A DNA stretch of 24,919 bases, from assembly GCA_905250055.1 (NCBI GenBank), contig CAJNOF010000137.1, positions 89,711-114,629 on the forward strand, in the 5' to 3' direction. This DNA comes from Rotaria sp. (lineage: Eukaryota). Below the pieces are notes generated by a model. That model did not search any database and had not been told where the DNA came from. It saw only the letters and a program-made list of their open reading frames with translations. Of the stretch, positions 21,088 to 24,919 are shown piece after piece. Position 1 is the stretch's first letter. Every line of letters starts with the position of its first letter. Made by a program: the position numbers and the translations under genes.

Positions 21088-21220
21088 AGGGTGTGGGGGA
21101 GTGTGGGTATGCGATGTGGGTGTGTGGGTGCGGGTGCGGGTGCGGGTGCGGGTGCGGGTGCGGTTGGGTGTAGCTGAAGATAAGACTCACACTTGACACT
21201 CCATACCCACACCCACACCC
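21088..21220. repeat. Head-to-head telomere-like repeat hairpin with a (GGGTGC)6 tract
   Basis: The G-rich arm at 21088-21171 reads TTAGGGTGTGGGGGAGTGTGGGTATGCGATGTGGGTGTGTGGGTGC, with (GGGTGC)x6 at 21126-21161. A ~15-nt spacer follows. The C-rich arm at 21187-21220 reads ...CACACTTGACACTCCATACCCACACCCACACCC. ORF 20985-21254(-) is a translation of this repeat (APAPAPAP...). Confidence 0.85.
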
Positions 21221-21331
21221 TTCCTTCCCTAGCGGCGTCTCTGATTTTCTTCAAAGAAAGAATCTAAATAATTGGATTATTTTTATTTTGTATTCAAATA
21301 AATGAAAATGACTTGTTAAACAATATAAATA

Positions 21332-22402
21332 TTAACAATAAATCCAATCGAGATGTTCCTTTGGTCTACATTTGATAGGACAAGGCATTTGAGTTCCATG
21401 AAACTTAACATTTGTTGCATTACTACAACATGGTCTTATACATCCAAGATAACAACCATTCATTGATCGTTGCGAAAGAAATGGTTGACCACCAAATTTC
21501 TCACAAAAGTAACTATCAAATATTAGAGAATTATCTTTAACATGACCTGCAACATAATTGATAAGAAATCTCTGATCACCTCTATCATGATAATTCTTAA
21601 CTATTGATGGTATAAGCATTGGCTTGAAAATATTAACTAAAGTATGCCGAGCACGTATCAAAGCTGCACCCCAAAGACCACCTAATATAAATAATCCATG
21701 TTCAATATTATCACGAGCAATATAGAAAAAATTGTTTTCTTGTTCTTGTGATAGCCACATGTTGATTGTTTCTGTTTCACGTTGAGTTATTGGTGAATCA
21801 AGATCACGTGATAATAAATAATCAACATAGGGATCAAATATTGGTAAAAATCGCCACATTTTACCTGGTAAAAATTTATGTAAAGATGAACCAAACATAG
21901 GTATATTAGTCATATCACAAATATCAACACTTGAAAAATTATAAAAATATTCTTGTTGAGATTTTTTACTACCAGAAAAATCGATATAAAGACGTAAAAT
22001 CCATTGTGGAAGTAATGTATTAATTTCATTAACAAGAAGTTCAAAAAATGGTATAATACTTGTTTCCCATGAATACATTTGATTATTAGTAAATTTCGAT
22101 TCTTTTCCATAAACTGAAATAGCAATTACTTTTTGATGTGGTCCACGATGATGGGATGCATGACTACACAATGTTAAATTCCATTGAGAGATATTTCCAT
22201 AGATTTTATTGAATAATTTTTGAATACGTCGACTTCGTGCGTCTAGAAAATTGATATCAGCTTTTATAACATGTTGTTTTTCTTTTTGAATAAAGAAAAA
22301 CAGAAAAGCTATAGAAACTACTAGAAATACGACTATAAAAATGAATATGGAAAGAAGACATTGATTTAGAATATATCGTCGATGTTGATGATAATTGATC
22401 AT
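21332..22402 (-). CDS. Type II membrane, DxD-containing glycosyltransferase-like protein, paralog 2 (356 aa, intronless)
   Basis: This is a complete 1071-nt ORF, colinear with 12920-13990 with no indels. It has the same anchor and catalytic-motif layout, including an identical stretch MWRFLPIFDPYVDYLLSRDLDSPITQRETETINMWLSQEQENNFFYIARDNI, and all C-terminal cysteines are conserved. Confidence 0.85.
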   Translation of the reverse strand: MINYHQHRRYILNQCLLSIFIFIVVFLVVSIAFLFFFIQKEKQHVIKADINFLDARSRRIQKLFNKIYGNISQWNLTLCSHASHHRGPHQKVIAISVYGKESKFTNNQMYSWETSIIPFFELLVNEINTLLPQWILRLYIDFSGSKKSQQEYFYNFSSVDICDMTNIPMFGSSLHKFLPGKMWRFLPIFDPYVDYLLSRDLDSPITQRETETINMWLSQEQENNFFYIARDNIEHGLFILGGLWGAALIRARHTLVNIFKPMLIPSIVKNYHDRGDQRFLINYVAGHVKDNSLIFDSYFCEKFGGQPFLSQRSMNGCYLGCIRPCCSNATNVKFHGTQMPCPIKCRPKEHLDWIYC

Positions 22403-24188
22403 TCTTTTTAGTATGTACTCTTTACATGGTTATAGTATGTAAGAAACTAACGATGTGTGACAGGCATTTGTTGTGTACATTCGTTTAATAATTGCATCTT
22501 CATGGTGTATATTGAAATACAGACATTTCACAGTGATGTTATCTAATAATTAATGGAAAATTGACGACATTATGAAGCCTAATGAAGTTTATTTCTTTGA
22601 ATATAGGACTCATCATTTTTTTATCGAGTTTTCTTAGTGATACCAAATAATGGTGTATATTGAAGATGTGCATCCTATGAGACATCTATTTGATTATCTA
22701 TGTATTAGTAGTGCAGCAAGCAAAATAATGGCTATCCCTATGAAATAAAAATGTGACAGAGAATGCGACAAGAAGATTGTTTTATTCTGTCTATTTTAGG
22801 ACACGTTCCTTCGCCATACTCTGACTTAATCAACAACATCTGTCGCTCTAAGCGATATGTGAATGCATGGAAGTATGGTGAATACGTCAGTCACGGTCTG
22901 TTGATTTCATATTTCATGATATGTGAAGGTACGAAGTGCAAATTTGTACCTTATATATTTCAACACTTATTTTAGAACGTTTTTTAAAATATAAGATGGA
23001 ATATTATTCTTTACTTGTCATAGATATCTTCAAGAAAGAGATTTTATAACTTCACTAAAAATACTTTAAAAAAAATGGAATAAATACTTCCAAGTTGTTC
23101 GACACTTATGTTCAAATATCGGTATTACCACCTATACAATGATTCTCGATGAATTACTACCGGTGTTTTTGTTCTAAATTACCTGTTCGATAACACGTTG
23201 ACTACATCGGTGGATACAGTTACTCATGTATGCACAATGTGATCAGTTATTGGAAAAATAAATATTAATTTTCTAGTGACACATCTATCTTGTTGTCAAT
23301 CTTTATATTATTACGCCATTATATTCTATAAGTTTTTCAGGCATTTGACTTTCGTTCTATCATATTTCAACAAATTAATTTTTAATAAATGATATTCAAA
23401 TGTTTATAAAGCACACTAGATATGTTCATTAATACAAAGAAATAAATCTTATAAAGAAAAATTTTTAATTTGATTTCACCTAATTTGTTTTCTGTCTTTA
23501 CATAATTTAATGAGGTTGAATACATATCAAAGTAAGTATCTATAAGTTTACTTGAATGGTTTCTTTGATGTAAGTTATATCGTTACACATCTGCTTTTTT
23601 TTTCTTTATATTCAAATGTTTATTGAATTGAAACTTTTGAATAAAGTTCGACTTGATTATTCAAATTTTGATCATTAAAAAACAAAAAGGATTAAACAAC
23701 TCAAGTAAACAAAAAAAAAAGAGTTATATAATTCGATGTGAATGTTTTCATTAGAGAGAACTCTTGTTCTTTTCTTTATTTAACCATCACATTTATTTGC
23801 TTGTCCATTGAATAACTATGTTGGCAAGCAATTGTTAGTGCTTCCTACATGTATATCATACACTTCATATATAATTATAATTCTTTCATTTATATTGATT
23901 CAATGAACGGGTAAGTTGCAGGTTGATGAACTATTTGATATTCACTTTCTCTTTCTTTCCGTCTTTTTCTTTTCGTTTGTATATTGTTTGTTGCTATCGA
24001 TTGTTGTCTAAAAAAAAAAAAAAGAAAAAAAAGTAAAAGTAAAGGTCATTGATATTGATCTAATGCTCTTGTTCTCTTTGTCATCCATTGTTCATTTTCA
24101 TTCAAATAAGTAAATCAGTCGATTTTTTTTTATTATTCAATCTTTGTCTTTTCAATAATATATATTCAATTCAATATAGTTAATAATA

Positions 24189-24527
24189 ATGCATTGGATA
24201 TCTTTGATCGGTTTTTTTATTATTATTACTATCATCTATCAAATACAAGCTGATTTATTAAAAGATTCTGAAACAGAAACTATCAATACAGAAGGTACAT
24301 TTCAAGTGGAACTAGATATTGATAATACTGAAACTTCTGTATCAAAAAATAATGTCGATGGTTCAACTCATGAAACTACTAGTGATGTATCATTTGAAAA
24401 TTCTGTGACATATGAGACAGATGAACGAAATTCATTGAAAAATGTAATTAATAATGGTAATAATAATTACGGTTATAATTATGTATGTTTTATCATTACT
24501 ACTCTTATCTTACTAGCTCATTTTTAA
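24189..24527 (+). CDS. Possible small secreted or GPI-anchored-type acidic Ser/Thr/Asn-rich protein (112 aa)
   Basis: The ORF starts with a signal-peptide-like N-terminus (MHWISLIGFFIIITIIYQIQA|D). The middle is polar (TETINTEG...NNGNNNYGYN). The C-terminus is hydrophobic (YVCFIITTLILLAHF). An AATAAA lies at 24623-24628. I recognise no homology, and an ORF of this length could arise by chance in AT-rich DNA. Confidence 0.35.
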   Translation: MHWISLIGFFIIITIIYQIQADLLKDSETETINTEGTFQVELDIDNTETSVSKNNVDGSTHETTSDVSFENSVTYETDERNSLKNVINNGNNNYGYNYVCFIITTLILLAHF

Positions 24528-24919
24528 AGACAAATATAGTTCTTCTTTATTGTTGTGCATTTAATAGATTTGTATTAGTTTGTGTAGAAATTTAAACTTT
24601 AGTTACATGAATTGTGATAATTAATAAAATATGCTAAGAAAACACTTTAATCTTTTATTATAATATTTAAAATCACTCAAGAATAATATTGATGATGAGG
24701 AAATATTTTTGTTTCAAGTTTTTACATAATGTTTTGATTATAAAAAAGAGAAATGACGAGAGAAGTTCTCCAACTGTTCAATAGCTTTTAAGTTGAGATT
24801 ATGTACACACCGTTTAAGGTCATATTGGACCTATAGGCAAGTCTCAATGAGAATAACAACAGTTTATAAAAGTTCGTCCATCTTGACCTTTGACACTACA
24901 TTATCACTGATTGACTTGG

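Larger units (their letters stand above)
16085..23510. repeat. Segmental duplication unit 2 (claudin-like pseudogene + ART-TPR gene + GT-like gene)
   Basis: See unit 1 for the colinear blocks. Unit 2 lacks the mariner remnants and instead carries ~3.6 kb (about 17655-21285) that is absent from unit 1. Confidence 0.8.

Noticed and set aside
22763-22975. 70-aa ORF upstream of GT-like paralog 2
   Set aside because: It falls in a ~250-bp stretch absent from unit 1. It has no recognisable motif and is too short to call.
1-24919. Reading the window as a prokaryotic locus (operons, defence systems, CRISPR)
   Set aside because: There are no repeat-spacer arrays and no dense same-strand gene packing. 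The window has spliceosomal GT-AG introns, AATAAA signals, TA-flanked mariner-type elements and long noncoding stretches. The alternative (TTG) starts in the ORF track are not meaningful here.

Overview
This is an AT-rich eukaryotic (metazoan-type) window, not a prokaryotic locus. One gene has three GT-AG introns of 48-65 nt. There are AATAAA signals, a TATA-like element, and several Tc1/mariner-type DNA transposons, at least one with TA flanks.

Layout:
(1) 1-8.5 kb is a transposon graveyard. It holds a 3.2 kb mariner-superfamily element with ~0.5 kb inverted termini and a frameshifted transposase (363-3556), two hairpin MITEs (3661-4478, 7658-8449), a 1.3 kb foldback element (5221-6557), and a head-to-head (GGGTGT)n/(ACACCC)n hairpin (4888-5000).
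(2) 9.1-23.5 kb is a diverged direct segmental duplication. Each unit carries a claudin/PMP22-like four-TM gene (intact at 9425-10077, pseudogene at 16403-16805) and an intronless 356-aa type-II-membrane glycosyltransferase-like gene on the minus strand (12920-13990, 21332-22402).
(3) The two units differ in their middle segment. Unit 1 holds two mariner remnants. Unit 2 holds an intronless 793-aa gene (17949-20330) that fuses an unknown N-terminal module, an R-S-EXE ADP-ribosyltransferase core and eight 42-aa TPR units, followed by a second telomere-like hairpin (21088-21220).
(4) A small signal-peptide ORF lies at 24189-24527.

Short introns, ART-TPR fusion genes, TGTGGG-type repeats and mariner MITEs together suggest a bdelloid-rotifer-like genome. 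That is inference from memory, not a search result. I saw no rRNA, tRNA or CRISPR features. All family assignments come from motifs read by eye and need HMM/BLAST confirmation.
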